Source of the DNA: Amoebidium appalachense
Taxonomy: Eukaryota > Protista > Ichthyosporea
Direction of reading: 5' to 3'
DNA length: 64,000 bases
Assembly (NCBI GenBank): GCA_963693365.1
Contig: CAVNZM010000009.1
Coordinates: forward strand, 6,664,171-6,728,170
Part shown: positions 26,758-54,429 of the stretch, piece by piece
How the letters are laid out: each line of letters opens with the position of its first letter
Numbering within the stretch: the first letter of the stretch is position 1
Notes under the pieces: model-generated
The model's database searches: none
Told to the model about the DNA's origin: nothing
What the model saw: the letters and a program-made list of their open reading frames with translations, nothing else
Made by a program: the position numbers and the translations under genes

Positions 26758-29700
26758 GTAGGTGTTTTCCTCCTTCCCCACTTGCTCTTTTTTCTCTCTT
26801 TTTTCCGTGTGTGCATGCCCCTGTGTAAATTGCTTGTCTCGGGTTTTTTTTGAAGCCATTTGGCGAGTTCTGTAGCAAAACACCTGTTATGCTCTGACCT
26901 CTCCCCTTTCTTCCTGACTTGAAGCATAGAAAGAGGTAAGTGTTGTAGGCTTTTTCGTCAAGAATGATGGGATTTTTCCACGGGGTATATTTTTTTTGTG
27001 CTCGTTTCGAAAAGGGTAAGAAAACAGTCATGTTTACGGGAACGTAGGTTCTTGTCTATGTCCCAACTTGCAACCTGGGTTTAGTTGTTTGAGTAACAAG
27101 GGAAGCGCAAGGAAATCGTTTGTGAAGGCTAGTTTGTTCTTCTTTTGAGCCTTGCTTTGTGTTTTGTTTAGTGGTGTCTTTTCTTGTGCACTTGCTCGTG
27201 AAAAGTTCTTTGTTCACTTCATGATTGCCGATGGCATTAGGTATGAGTGAGCTGAGCAGTCGTCTCGCTAGTTATAACACACACAGGGTCTAGGGAAAAG
27301 TAGCCTTTTTTTTTCCTTTTTTTTTCTTTTGTATGTGTGTAAACGTGTTTTCCACTTCACCGAGCAATTGCGGCCTTGCTGCACGTGCCCTCTCATGTGT
27401 TGGCGTGTGCGTGCAAGAACATGCACGTATTTGTGGTTCAGGCAGGAGCATGCTTAAGCTTCTTTTTGCTTTTTGTTTGCCCGTTGGGCACACCTTGGTA
27501 TGCAGCTGCCTCGTGCTTGAAGAACTCGTGCCATTTGTAGCACCCTCAATCCAGGCACGTGCCACGCTTGGCTGGTCGTTCTTCTTCTTGTTTGCCTGGT
27601 TGCTTTTTCTGGACACAACTAACCCTGAACTTCTCTGGAACAGGCAAACTGAGTCTTCAGGCCAAAAGCTCGCTCAAAGGGTAAGTGGTTTCCACACAGC
27701 ATTTGGCTTGTAGCTATTGCTTTCTTTCTGCTCATGCTGCCCCTGCCTTTTTCTCTCTTTTCCTCGAATCCACCCCTTTTCTCGTTGGTGTTGCGCCGGT
27801 TCGGATTAGTCGGGCATTTCAGCTTCTGCTCAGAGAAGCCTCAGGTGGAAAACCAAAGAAATCTTGTGCACGGTTATTCGAGCTTTTCATGTTTTCGTCT
27901 ACGTGTCGTAATTCAGCATTTGCGACCTGTTAGTGGTCATGGGTAATCTGGGTGTGTTTGTGACATGGGTCGTGCACCAGACAGTCTTGTGTGCTTTATT
28001 GAAATGTGTATTTGTCCGTTTGTTTTCTGGACATCAATCCGTGTTTGTGTTGCAGTTTGTTTAAGTGCCCACGAGCAGTTGATGTGGGCATGTTTAATTT
28101 AATCTGTGCTTCGTGGTAGTGGATCAATTCCCTGTGCAAATTTGTGGTAGCTCACTGCGTTCCACAAATGTATCATACAGGGGTGGGCTCTATCTAAGAT
28201 TTTTCCGAACTTGGGGTTCTGGCGTAATTAATTCTTGCTCGCTAGCCCCCACGGTATATACGAAGAATTAATTAAGAGATTTCAGATGATTTCTTCTGCC
28301 CTTGTAAGCTAAGGGGGGTCTGGGAGTAAGATTCTAGCTGGCTACAGCCTAGGTTCGCGTAATCTTAAATTCTGCCTAACCCTGTAGCTCCTTGTTTTCT
28401 GAAGGTGTAGGTAACATATTTATACCATGCTTGGCTGAATGGTGATGGCTGTTTAACTCTGCGCATGCATGATAGCTCATTGTGCTAGAAGTGTATGATG
28501 CCTCTTTCTGCAGGTAGTTTCATGTTGAGAAATTGTGCAATAGTTAAAGTTCTTTGTTTAACGTGTTTGTGTGATTCGTTATCGTGCTGCAAATGTATGG
28601 TTTAATGATATTGAGGTGATTTGTTGTTATCACACGTGAACACTAAATGTGTACCGCAATCGTGGTAACTGTGTTTATTGCAGAGTAGGCGTACCCTGCA
28701 TGTAGAGGACATAGGCGATCTATGTTGTGCAGAATTTGTGATACTTCATTGTTCTGTTTAGGGCAATGACTCGTGGTCATGTGCAAGCTTTGATAGCTCA
28801 TGGCCTGCCGGACATGGAGCAAACGAATTTATCACCGTGTACAGTGAATGTGTGATGAGCCAATGTTTTGCGCAATGGTGTGATTGCTCATGTTTTTCTT
28901 GGTGTATGCAGCCACAGGAGAGTGTCACTGGAGAAGTCGGCGTGGCATGTGTCAAGGCAGCGTGGCACCCTCCCTGGGGACCAGGGCGAGCAGGTATGTC
29001 CCCCCCCCCCCCCCCCCCCCCCGCGCCTCCCCTCTCTCTCTCTCTGTCTCTCTGTCTCGCTCACCGAGGCTCCCTTCACCCTCTTCTCTTTGCGCTCGGT
29101 TCCACCCTCTCTCGCTAAATGTTGGTTTTCCTTTTATTTTTTATAAAAATTTCCTTTTTATTTTTTATTTTAATTTTGGATTTTTTGGTTTTTTTTATAT
29201 TTATTTATAAGAAATCATTTTCATTGTAGTTGTGGTGGTGGTGGTCATCGTCAGTGTTGTATATTATTAAGCTGCACGAGTTGGTTTATGATCCTGTAGT
29301 GTCGTTTTCGTGTGATGGCATTGAAGAAGAAAAAAAAGCGCACCTTCTTTGCTTTTTGGGCATTATTTTGATTTTATTACTTTTATTGGTATCCCCCCCC
29401 CCCCCCCCCCCTTTTTTTTTTTGGGGGGGGGGGGGGTGACTTCATGGATGGGGATGCCCTCGGGGGGATTTTTTTGCTGTTTCGTGTATGTGTATTTATT
29501 CTGGTATGTGAAGTCTTGTAAACTTTATCAATAGATTAGAAGCCTTTCGTTGGCATAATTATCAACAGACTGATAATAATTTTAGGGGACTTCGTGCTTT
29601 GTGGACAAGTTACAGGCGCTCACTCAGTCATAAACTTCAATCTTTGGGAGGTGGCCTGTTTATGACAATAGTTGTGCCGATGTTGTTGAACTTGATATGG

Positions 29701-29951
29701 CCTGGGTTGTTTTCTGGACACGTGGATCATAGGTATCGAAGGAGCTTCATTATTGTCCCTATAGCCTCGAACCTACTAACAACCCCCCCCCCCACACACA
29801 CACACACATACACACAAACACACACTGGCGTTATTGATCATAGGCGTATTTGGCGTACAAGGATACACGCACACGCACACGCACACATCTGGACACACGT
29901 ACAGACACAGACACTCCGAACCATGCACCACGCACGTGCGCACGCACACGC

Positions 29952-30001
<50 letters not shown>

Positions 30002-30053
30002 CACGCGCAGCGGGACCAAAGAGCGCCGTGAGTTGGACACCCGTCCATCACCC

Positions 30054-38636
<8,583 letters not shown>

Positions 38637-39307
38637 CCGGGATCCAACGCTGAAAAACCCCCCAGCCAGCACGAAAATTCCAATATCGTCAGTATGCATC
38701 TGTGGTTTTTGTTTTGTGTTACGAGGAATTTTGCTTGAATGTCAAAGTGTGTGACCCCACCACATCTGCGGAGTTTATCGTGACCACGGCACAAAGGGGG
38801 GAGAGGGGGTGCTGGATCGGGATGGAAATTCGAATATGAAATCGGAGGACGAGTGAATGTGCGGCCTGGGAGTATGGATTGTGTGTGTGTGTGTGTGTGT
38901 GTGTGGCATCTGAAATCTTGCTCGGAGGGAAACGACGGGTATAAAAAACGAAGGAATGCAAGGGTGAGGCTTTTTTCCCTGCTGGCGTAGGTTCTTTGTT
39001 GGTATCTGGCTCATAAGTTATTTTTAGTTTTTGTGATAGTTGCGCAAATATGAGGGCCTGGTAACAATGTAACATGCATATTTGGGGTAGTAGGGGTATA
39101 TATATATGCGGCGCGGTCGTGTTCGTTTGTGAGATAGATCTTAACTTACTGGCTTAGGGCCCGGCGGCCCTTTGATTTGATTGGTGGTCTGTAGGGCTAG
39201 TATAGATGTTGCTTTATTTAGGTGGATACCGCGCGTGCGTACGAATGACGTTATTCCTTTTGGATATTGTCAACATATCGTCACTCTTTTCATATTTTTT
39301 AAAAAAA

Positions 39308-39346
<39 letters not shown>

Positions 39347-40162
39347 CTTTGCAAAGTGTGGCGCGATGTTGTGGATACATTTAGTCGCTTGTGTCATATA
39401 GACGGGTAGGTGTGCTTGTGTATGGTGGTGGGGGGGGGGGGGGGGGGGGGGGGGGGGTCGTGTAATTTTTTTTGCTAGAAGGGCCATCCGTGGAACAATC
39501 ACGGCCGAGCCTTAATATAGCACATGTTGTATGTGTGCATGCCAAAAATAGTAGGTATATTATTAATATGGGCTGTCTGCCTAGCAGACGTGAATCGAAG
39601 GTTGGAGGAGTACTAGTGGTGAAAATGCACTTGAAATTTCGTTTTTGGCGCTGCGGCGTTAAACCCCCCCTTGTCTTGGGAAATAGACGATAAAAACAAC
39701 CCTTGTGTGAAATTTCGTTCGTGTTGCTTTGTCTAATAATTGTATTCCTACCTTGTCTTTCTGTTTCGTTTTTTATTTGTCTGATTTTGTGTGTTCCCCA
39801 TTTGGTGTTGCCCGTCAACTGTGTAAACATATCCTAATATTCATGCAGTAACCGGTGGCATATATTTGTACATACATGCAACGATTTATAACCATCCCGC
39901 ACACCTGAAATTCTGATTCAAAGAGTTCAGGTTGCAAATTGGGAGGGGGGGTTTTGAGTTTGGCTTTCTGGTTGGGTGCTGTGCACTGGCGTGAAAAGCA
40001 AAAAAAAACCAAAAAAAGAAATGGGGGTTGGCATATTTCTACATGTATTATACGAGGGATATAAAAGGGCACAAATTACATTGTTCCTGATCGATGTGCA
40101 CTTTCTCAGTGTGTAGCGTGTTGAATGACTCCCACCCTCCCATGCACGACGTCACAGTGTGT

Positions 40163-40209
<47 letters not shown>

Positions 40210-40292
40210 CACACATACATGTGTGTATGGGAAGCTTGAATCCGTGGCCGAACGAGGAAGACTTCAAGTGCACTTGCGTGTTTTTATGTATT

Positions 40293-40329
<37 letters not shown>

Positions 40330-40439
40330 ACTACGGCACACGAAATGTTCTCGTTCCCCATTCTCCACCCTTCTCTCGGGCCTTTACCGCGCCCAGTTCC
40401 GCCATCCTTAAAGCTTTATTGAACCAAAATATTAATTGC

Positions 40440-40745
40440 CGGCCCACGTTCTGCGCTTGGACGCATGACACTCACGCAATTAAAAACCCTTTATGTCGGT
40501 CCGTTCTACTTATCATAACTGAGAGTGGGGCATCGACTCAGCCTGCATGTTGGAGCCCGACACATGACACTCAACCAATAAAACCTCCCCATTTCCATCA
40601 GATATACTCGGTAGCCACTGCATAATATTATATAATCTGGCATATTATGCCCGTTATGAGCTATAACGTACCCCTGCTATGATTGGTTGTACGGGCCGGT
40701 ATATACACCCAAACACCCAAAACGACAGTCCCCACCGGAAATCCT

Positions 40746-40782
<37 letters not shown>

Positions 40783-42015
40783 GGGGGGGGGGGGGGGGGG
40801 GGGAGGGGGGAGGGGGGGAAGAGGAAAAAGGATAAGAGATAAAAAAGAGCAAGCGGAGGTGCCTCAGGAGGAGGCCTAGGTACCTATTAAGAAATCAGAA
40901 AAAAGAAAAAAAAAGGAAACGAGTAGCGAGTCGTGAGTTTGGATCAAAACATGCACAATGTGTCTATTATTAGTTAGTCCGAGGAGAGTGCACGTGTTGC
41001 CGATAAAATACTTTCAAAATCCACTTGTGGTTTGAACCCGAACTGCAACCTTCGGAAACTAGACTGGTGAATTACACAAATTTTACAACCGAGGCTGAAG
41101 GCAAAAGCCGGAAATAATTCGCTGGTTTTGTTTTTTAAACGCTGGGATATAGATCCCCGGGGAGAAGGAGGAAAAGGAGGGGGTGGGTGGGTGGGTGCCA
41201 CGGCAGGCGGGCCGCCCGGGGGCGGGGGGGGGGGGGGGGGGGGGGGGGGGGGAGGGGGGGAGGGGGGAGGGGGGTATAGTAGTTGGAAGAATGAGGAGAC
41301 ATAAGGCAGAAAACATTTGAACAGAGGAGGAGGAGGGGAAAAAAAGGGGTGCCCGGGGGAGGGAGGGTGTAGACGAAGGTACAGAGCACGAAGTACACAC
41401 TCACGACGGAAAACACTTGGAAATGTGTGTGTGTGTGTAGGGGGAGGGGAATTAGGGGATCATACCGTATCATTACAATGGTTCTGCATGCGCTAATTTT
41501 GCATGTACATCACCACAATGACCACGCCAACACACGCAATTATCAACCCCCTTGACCTCATAATGATGTTTGCAACGGGCTGATCATCCCAAAAGTTTGA
41601 AACCACTGGCTGTTGCCCTCCGAGTCGGTTCTACATGCCGAAAGTTGCTGTGAATAGCTCAATTTTAAACCAGCACCATATTAGAAAGGGGGGGATAGGT
41701 GGGTGCCATGACTGGGTGGGTGGGTTGGGGTGGGGGTGGGGGGAAATGAAGGGAGGGGAGGGGGGGGGGGGGGGGGGGGGGGGGGGAGATGGGGAAGGGG
41801 GAGAAGGCCCCTCAGGCTGCGGGGGAATTTGAAGGAGGGGGGGATTTGGGGGTAGGTGTATGTACGTGGGGGTGGGGTGGGGAGGGGGAAGAGGGACTCC
41901 GAGGCCTCCAATAATTCTGGCAACAAACAAATACCCTTGGAAGGAGAAAGCTCGCGTGTATGAACTGCATAAAAGCATGCTGCTATCATAACTTGAATGT
42001 GGCTGATATATCCTG

Positions 42016-42063
<48 letters not shown>

Positions 42064-42120
42064 CGACTTCCCTCCTCCATACGCAGACGGGCTGAATGTG
42101 GTTCCGCGGGCCCATATCTA
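40440..42120 (-). pseudogene. Decayed duplicates of the GATA gene's last exons and 3' flank
   Basis: 42113-42060 (-) GGGCCCGCGGAACCACATTCAGCCCGTCTGCGTATGGAGGAGGGAAGTCG resembles exon 44900-44853. At ~40744 (-), CAG|GATTTCCGGTGGGGAC resembles CAG|GATGCCGGTGGGGAT (44206). AAGTACACACTCACGA occurs at 41391 and 45226, and AGCCCGACACATGA at 40554 and 43914. Confidence 0.7.
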
Positions 42121-42192
42121 TGTATAGTGATTGTGATTGTGTGTGTGTGTGTGTGTGTGTATGTGTTTTAGTGTGTGTGTGTACATGTGTTT

Positions 42193-42233
<41 letters not shown>

Positions 42234-42253
42234 CACTATGTGTGTGTGTCACG

Positions 42254-42288
<35 letters not shown>

Positions 42289-42517
42289 GGTTGTGTGTGC
42301 GCGCCCCCCTGCGAGCGTGCGTGCGTGCATGCCATGTGTGTGTTGGTGTGGGCACACACACACAGACACCCATATATGGGCCATCATGGCGTGCACACAC
42401 ACACATGTACACACACACACATGTACACACACACACACACACACACCGTGACACATGTACACACACACACACACACACCGTGACACATGTACACACACAC
42501 ACACACACACACACCGT

Positions 42518-42553
<36 letters not shown>

Positions 42554-43616
42554 GTGACACAGGTACACACACACACGCCGTACACATACACACACAACAC
42601 GTGCACACATACACACATCATGTTGGCCCAGCTCGCTTTTAAAACGTTTACACGTCCCTAAGACACTTATAAACTTATAAGGCTAAGTATACATTTATTG
42701 ATAGTCTTGTGTATTCCAACCACATATAATAATTAGACCGAAACCCGTACACCGATATATTGTTCGTAACACATAAGGAATCGACCATGAATACGTATTA
42801 CTAACATCAGATATCGGATTGAAAGTTGGCACGCACAAATTTTAAACGTTCATCACGCTTGACGTGCACAATAACCACACAATGCAACGTACCGGAATAT
42901 CAATAAATCCCTGTCTCGGTGTTTCTAGATTTGTCTGAGATAACAGGTCACCAGGTTTTTAGAAATTTAAAAACACCAACCAAAAAGTCAAATTGTTTTT
43001 GCTACGTACAAAGCACGAGGAACATTGAAAAAAATAAGCAATCATCACAATGTCATAATCGAATAACAAAGAACCAACACCAGTATGTCATAAATATTTA
43101 ACTGTTAACACACTTAGCTGCTTATCACATCATGTTAAAAAATGGGGGGGGGGGGGGGGGGGGGGAGGGGAAGGGGGAGGAGAGAGAGAAAGAGAGAGAG
43201 AGAGATGGGGGGGGGGGGGGGTAGATGTTGTGTGAGTGAGCAAGTGTGCGTGTTTTAGAAGGGAGGAATACAGAAGTGACTAATCATGAAAGCTGCTATA
43301 TCCACTATGAATATTTCCAAACTTTAAGCTAGTAATAATACGCAACCACAAAACAAACCACCGTAATTTTTCATCACCCAACTCATCAATACCAATAGCC
43401 AGAACATGCATAATAATCCTTCCTCCACCTACCCAACAAAATGCAAAAAAATCCAAAATACCACCACATCGATCGGAGCACAAAATTTTATCGCATACCA
43501 CATATCCTCCTCCCCCCTCCTCCCCCCCCCCCCCCCCTCCCCCCTCCCCCCCCCCTCCTTCTTCCCCTCCCCCCCCTCCCCCCCCCCCCCCCCCCCCCCC
43601 CCGGGGAAACCAGGGG

Positions 43617-43649
<33 letters not shown>

Positions 43650-43749
43650 CAAGACGGACGGAGGAAGTGAAAAAGGGGGAAAAAAACAAGAAGAAAACAG
43701 TCATCCACACAGATGAGACACGGTCCTGCCCACCACCCCACCTGTCCGT

Positions 43750-44041
43750 CCATGCAGCCACAAAAACCCACCTCATTCTCCCGGACTGCCAGTCTCCTAA
43801 TCAACCAATCACAAGTCCCTATCTCGCATCGACACGTGATTTCCACCTAACTACAACCCTTCATTTCCGCCACTTCTACTCAGCATCGCAGCAGATATAC
43901 CGAGGCATATTGAAGCCCGACACATGATTTTAACCCTATCAAAACCCTCTGTTTCCGTCGGCCGACGGTAGCGCGGCATCTACCCAAGCATATAGGAGCC
44001 TGACCGACACATGATAATAACCCTATCAAAACCCTTCATTT

Positions 44042-44060
<19 letters not shown>
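43750..44060. repeat. ~90-bp degenerate tandem repeat (3-4 copies) overlapping the GATA stop codon and 3' UTR
   Basis: CGACAC(A/G)TGAT...(A)CC..A..A.AACCCT at ~43830, ~43918 and ~44005. Confidence 0.7.
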
Positions 44061-49596
<5,536 letters not shown>

Positions 49597-51264
49597 GGTG
49601 AATGGGATATAAAGTGAAAGGAATGAAATAAGAAGGCTTTTGGCGGGTGGGCTCTAGTATATGATGTCAAAGTGGGAAATCCTGCTTTGTTGACAACAGG
49701 ATGATGGGAAAAAAATAAAAATAAAACATTGACAACTATAGGAGACACCGTTACACTTCAGCTGTGTCTAGTTGATTTAATGTGTGAGTTGAACTATTCT
49801 CTGTGATCATCTGTGGAATGGTGAGTGTCAAACTACTGAACATGCATTTTCGCATTTACATTGCCCACCAGCCAGGTCATAAATGTGTTATAAACAGCCC
49901 AGAAAAGCACTAAATCAACAAGCCAATAAGTCTTGCTTCCTCGTAACGCCTGCATGTCTGTTTGTAAGCCAGCATCATTTAAAATAAATAACATAGTATG
50001 ATAACAACTATACTATCCTAACATGTACGTAGTATAAGTGTACACAGTCACCAACTTGATCATGTGTGGAGTGTGGACTGAGATCAAAGAGTCAGATCGA
50101 TCGACTCCAATGATTGGAGATCGGTCGGCGCAATAAAATCATATAGTCTAAAGCAGAATACTCAACAGTGTCATTTTTATGGCGGCGGGGTCAAGTGTTC
50201 AGTTCACTTCAAAGAAAGGAGGTTACTTTGGGCACTTATTTAATGAAGGCGTTTTCTCTTATAGAATGTATTAAAAAAGATTTTGCCTATTATGTGACTA
50301 TATGTTTATATTTCAGAACTTTTCACGATGAACAGCTTTGGATTTTATGACGTCACGGGAACAGACCCAACTGATCATAAGACGTACGATATCGATATAT
50401 TTAGATCGATATTCGCTTATCCAGATATGGACATATGGAGCCATGCGTGCGATGATATCAAGCATATAATATAGACAAATAACGAAAAAAAATGATTACA
50501 ATAAGCTTTCAAAATATATTCTATCTTTCTATTTCTCGTATCATACGGTAGTGTAGCTCGTGTTGATTGGGTTAAACTTTTTTCAGATGAAATGTCATCT
50601 GCTTTCCAATTGATCAGGTACACAACCTATGACGTCAGACAATATCTCTGTTGTTGATCACGGCCTAAAATAGACAAACTAATATACCCCTGACTGGCAG
50701 CCTCAAAACATTCCGAAGTTGCTCGACTGTGCTTCTGAATTGAATAAGCGGGAAAAGGAAAGTGCCTTGAAAAAAGCAGAGAATATTACTACATATATAT
50801 ATAGCATCATGAGACAGCATATTGTAGTTGGCAAGCAAATCATTTCGCTGAGCCCAGTTTCGCCCGTGCACATGTCGACGCCATTGCCATATATGTGCGT
50901 TACACCGAAAAATGACGACATATAGGCCTTAATGTTCCAAGTTATTGAGCTGAAGTTCCCTAGTAGCCTAGTTTGGTCTATCATATGCATCATCTGATAG
51001 CCTACACCCATAAGAACCGTGACACCATATGCATTATTTAGTGACTCACCTCAGTTTTATTTCGAGCTCCACATTCAACTACTTACAGTACCTCTTCCTC
51101 AGGCCCTGTTAGAACACAGATTGTTTGCTTGTCTAAATTTGCTCCCATGCGTATTCAATCACTTTAAATCCTACTTCTAATATAAATTTCACACAGGTGC
51201 GCGTCACTGAGGTTTATCAGTACAGTAGTTATTTGATCTAAGATATTAACGGAAAGCAGCCAAG

Positions 51265-51315
<51 letters not shown>

Positions 51316-51432
51316 CCCCTAATCTTTCACACACACATACACACGCATGACGGAAGCGTCAGGCACCACGCACAAAAAAAAAAGAAAACAAAGAAAATAC
51401 CTACATGTGGCCAGCTCGATGCAAGCCCATTA

Positions 51433-52349
51433 TCACTCCGTGGGAGACATTTCCTCCAATGTGATCCCCTCGTCCCCTTCCTCCCACACCTCCTCCTCTT
51501 GATCACCCGCCAAACTCACAAGCGCACGCAAAAAAGACCCCATTCCCACACCGACGGAACTCTTGTTCCCATCACTTAAACCCCTAGCCCTATTCATCCA
51601 CCCAACACCCACGGGCGAGCCACCATGACTATTGTTAGCATCAGAATTTTGCTCGCCGTCGCTATTTTTGGAAATATTACGTGAGCTTTCCAAATCGGGT
51701 AATACCAATGTCGACATATTCGTTCTCGTGGGAATTCCCGCGGGAATTCTCACGGGAACGGGTGACGACGGAGGTCTGTTTGGTGCCAGAACAGAACAGA
51801 AGCGTTGTCGATTTCGTTTTCGACCGTTGCGTACGTTTTGAATTTCCCGCGCTCCCATTCGTCAAACGCCGTCATCCGATTGGTCAGGACGCCCTGCAGT
51901 GACGTCACAGAAGTGGGCCTGGAGGGGGTCCTGTTAGACGGAAAAGTGTTCCCCGTTGTTTCCCGTCTCGCCATGCTCAATTTTGTGGTTGAAAGTGAGG
52001 AAAAATTACTTGGACCCCCCCTGGTGTGTACAGGCAAGGGGCTCCCGGGGACAGATGAAACCCCCCCAGGCCAGTTCGAGGAAGATTCCGAACGGGTTTT
52101 TCGGTGGTGTGTGAAGGGGCTCGAAGGGGCACTCGAACCGCTGCTGCAGAACAGATTGTTAGAAATACCGAAATTTTAAATGATAAAATTTCGGAAAGGG
52201 ATCGAACCCCCCCCCCCCCTCCCCCCCCTCCCCCTCCCTCTGCCCTTTTCGTTGCCACAAAAGTTCTCGTCTGTCAAAAAGCGGTTGTTTAGGTTGCGTG
52301 ATGGTGGGGTGGTGGTTCAGGCAGTGTTTCACGGTACATGGCCTGATAT

Positions 52350-52381
<32 letters not shown>

Positions 52382-52382
52382 T

Positions 52383-52432
<50 letters not shown>

Positions 52433-52537
52433 CACGTGCACGCTTGTATGTGCGTGTGCGTGTGTGTGCGTGTGTGTGTCTGTGTGTGTCTGTGTGTGTC
52501 TGTGTGTGTCTGTGTGTGTGTATGTTGTGCGTGTGTG

Positions 52538-52597
<60 letters not shown>

Positions 52598-52605
52598 CCC
52601 GAGAG

Positions 52606-52639
<34 letters not shown>

Positions 52640-52667
52640 CCCCCCCTCTCTCTCTCTCTCCCCCCCC

Positions 52668-52699
<32 letters not shown>

Positions 52700-53179
52700 C
52701 TGCATGTGTGCAAACACGCACCGTCATGTGTGTGGGTGCATGCGTGTGTGTGAATGTGCATGTGCTTGCAAGTCTGAGTAACTTGCATGTACACATGAGT
52801 GTGAGCCTGTGTGTGTGTGTTTGTATATATATACATATATATACTTGTGGAGGGAGAGTGGGGGGGAAGGGGGGGGAGGAGGAGGGGTAAGTGATATACC
52901 CTGCCGCAGATTGGTCGGATGACGCATCCAAGTACATTTCCAGATGAAATCTCTGTGCAAACGAGATCGGTCTTGCCTTATTTGGGGTGTGATTGCCCGT
53001 AATTGGTGATGTGGTGGGCGATGCCGGGACCGATCCAACCATTTGAACCGTTTGGGGCGCGGGTGGGGCAGAGGGGAGGCTCACAAGCTCCCAATCGGGA
53101 TTATTGGTGAGAGACACATCGGTAGGTGCCTGTGTGTGTGCATACGTGTGTGTGTGTGTGTGTGTGTGTGCGTGTACAC

Positions 53180-53214
<35 letters not shown>

Positions 53215-53235
53215 AGTGGTGGTGGGGGGAGGGTT

Positions 53236-53299
<64 letters not shown>

Positions 53300-53604
53300 T
53301 TTTATTTTTATTTTTTATTTTTTATTTTTATTTTGGGGGGGGGGGGGGGGGGGGGGGGGGGAGCGGGGGAAGGAATGAGTGTGTAGGGTGTGGCGGGAGG
53401 GAGGGGAGGGGGGGTTGCGGGGTGGTGAGTGAGTCACTAAGATTGTGTGAGTGTGTGTGTGGAGTGGTGGTGGTATGTGTGCGCATGTGTGTGTGCGTGT
53501 GTGTGTGCGTGCACGTTTGTGTGTGTGTGGGGGGTGTTGAGTGAGCAAGTGTGTGAATTTGTGTGTGTGTGGGTGTGTGTGTGTGCATTTGGTGTGTGTG
53601 TAAA

Positions 53605-53640
<36 letters not shown>

Positions 53641-54193
53641 TGTGTGTGTGTCAGCACTTGTGCCGTGGGCGTGCACGTGTCCCCGATTGTATGTGTGTGT
53701 TTCTCTCTCTGTGTGTGTGTTTGCGTGTGTGTATCTGTGTTTGCATGTGCGAGTGCGTGTTTGCCTGTGTGTGTTGGTGTTCACGTGTCTGTGGGAAAGT
53801 TAGCATATACATGGTCTGATTTTGATCCATGTGTGTAGAGATGTATACGGCAAGCCTAGGGGCCGGCTAGGAGATGGGGAGAAGGAGGGGGGGAGGGGGG
53901 AGGAGGAAGGAGGAAGGGGGAGGAGGAGAAGGGAAGGGGGAGGGTGGGGGGGGAGGAGGGAGGCGGGGAAGTTGAGCAAGCCCGGGCAGTTAGATTCAAA
54001 TCTATCGGTCGTGTATGAGACTCTTTATTGAATATTTGTGTGTCTTTTAGGTGGGGAAAGGAGGGGGGTTAGGTAATGCAAATCAAAGTCTGTTAAAGAG
54101 CCCTCAGATTTCGGTACGCCGGCAAGAGGAGGCGGGGGGGGGGGGAGCGAGGGAAGGGGGTGCATCTGATAATGGTTTTATAGGATGTGGAGG

Positions 54194-54254
<61 letters not shown>

Positions 54255-54393
54255 CTTATGTGGCATTCTTCCTTTCATTCTTTTTGTTAGGTGTGTGTGT
54301 GTGTAGGCGTGCGTTTTCTTTCTTTCTTTTTTGTGGTGGTAGTTGTTGTTGTTGTTGTTGTGGTGGTTGTGGTTGTGGTGGTGGTGGTGGTGG

Positions 54394-54429
<36 letters not shown>

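Noticed and set aside
50095-50126. Palindrome CTCCAAT-G-ATTGGAG upstream of the GATA gene
   Set aside because: Short and single, so it cannot be distinguished from chance or a TE remnant.
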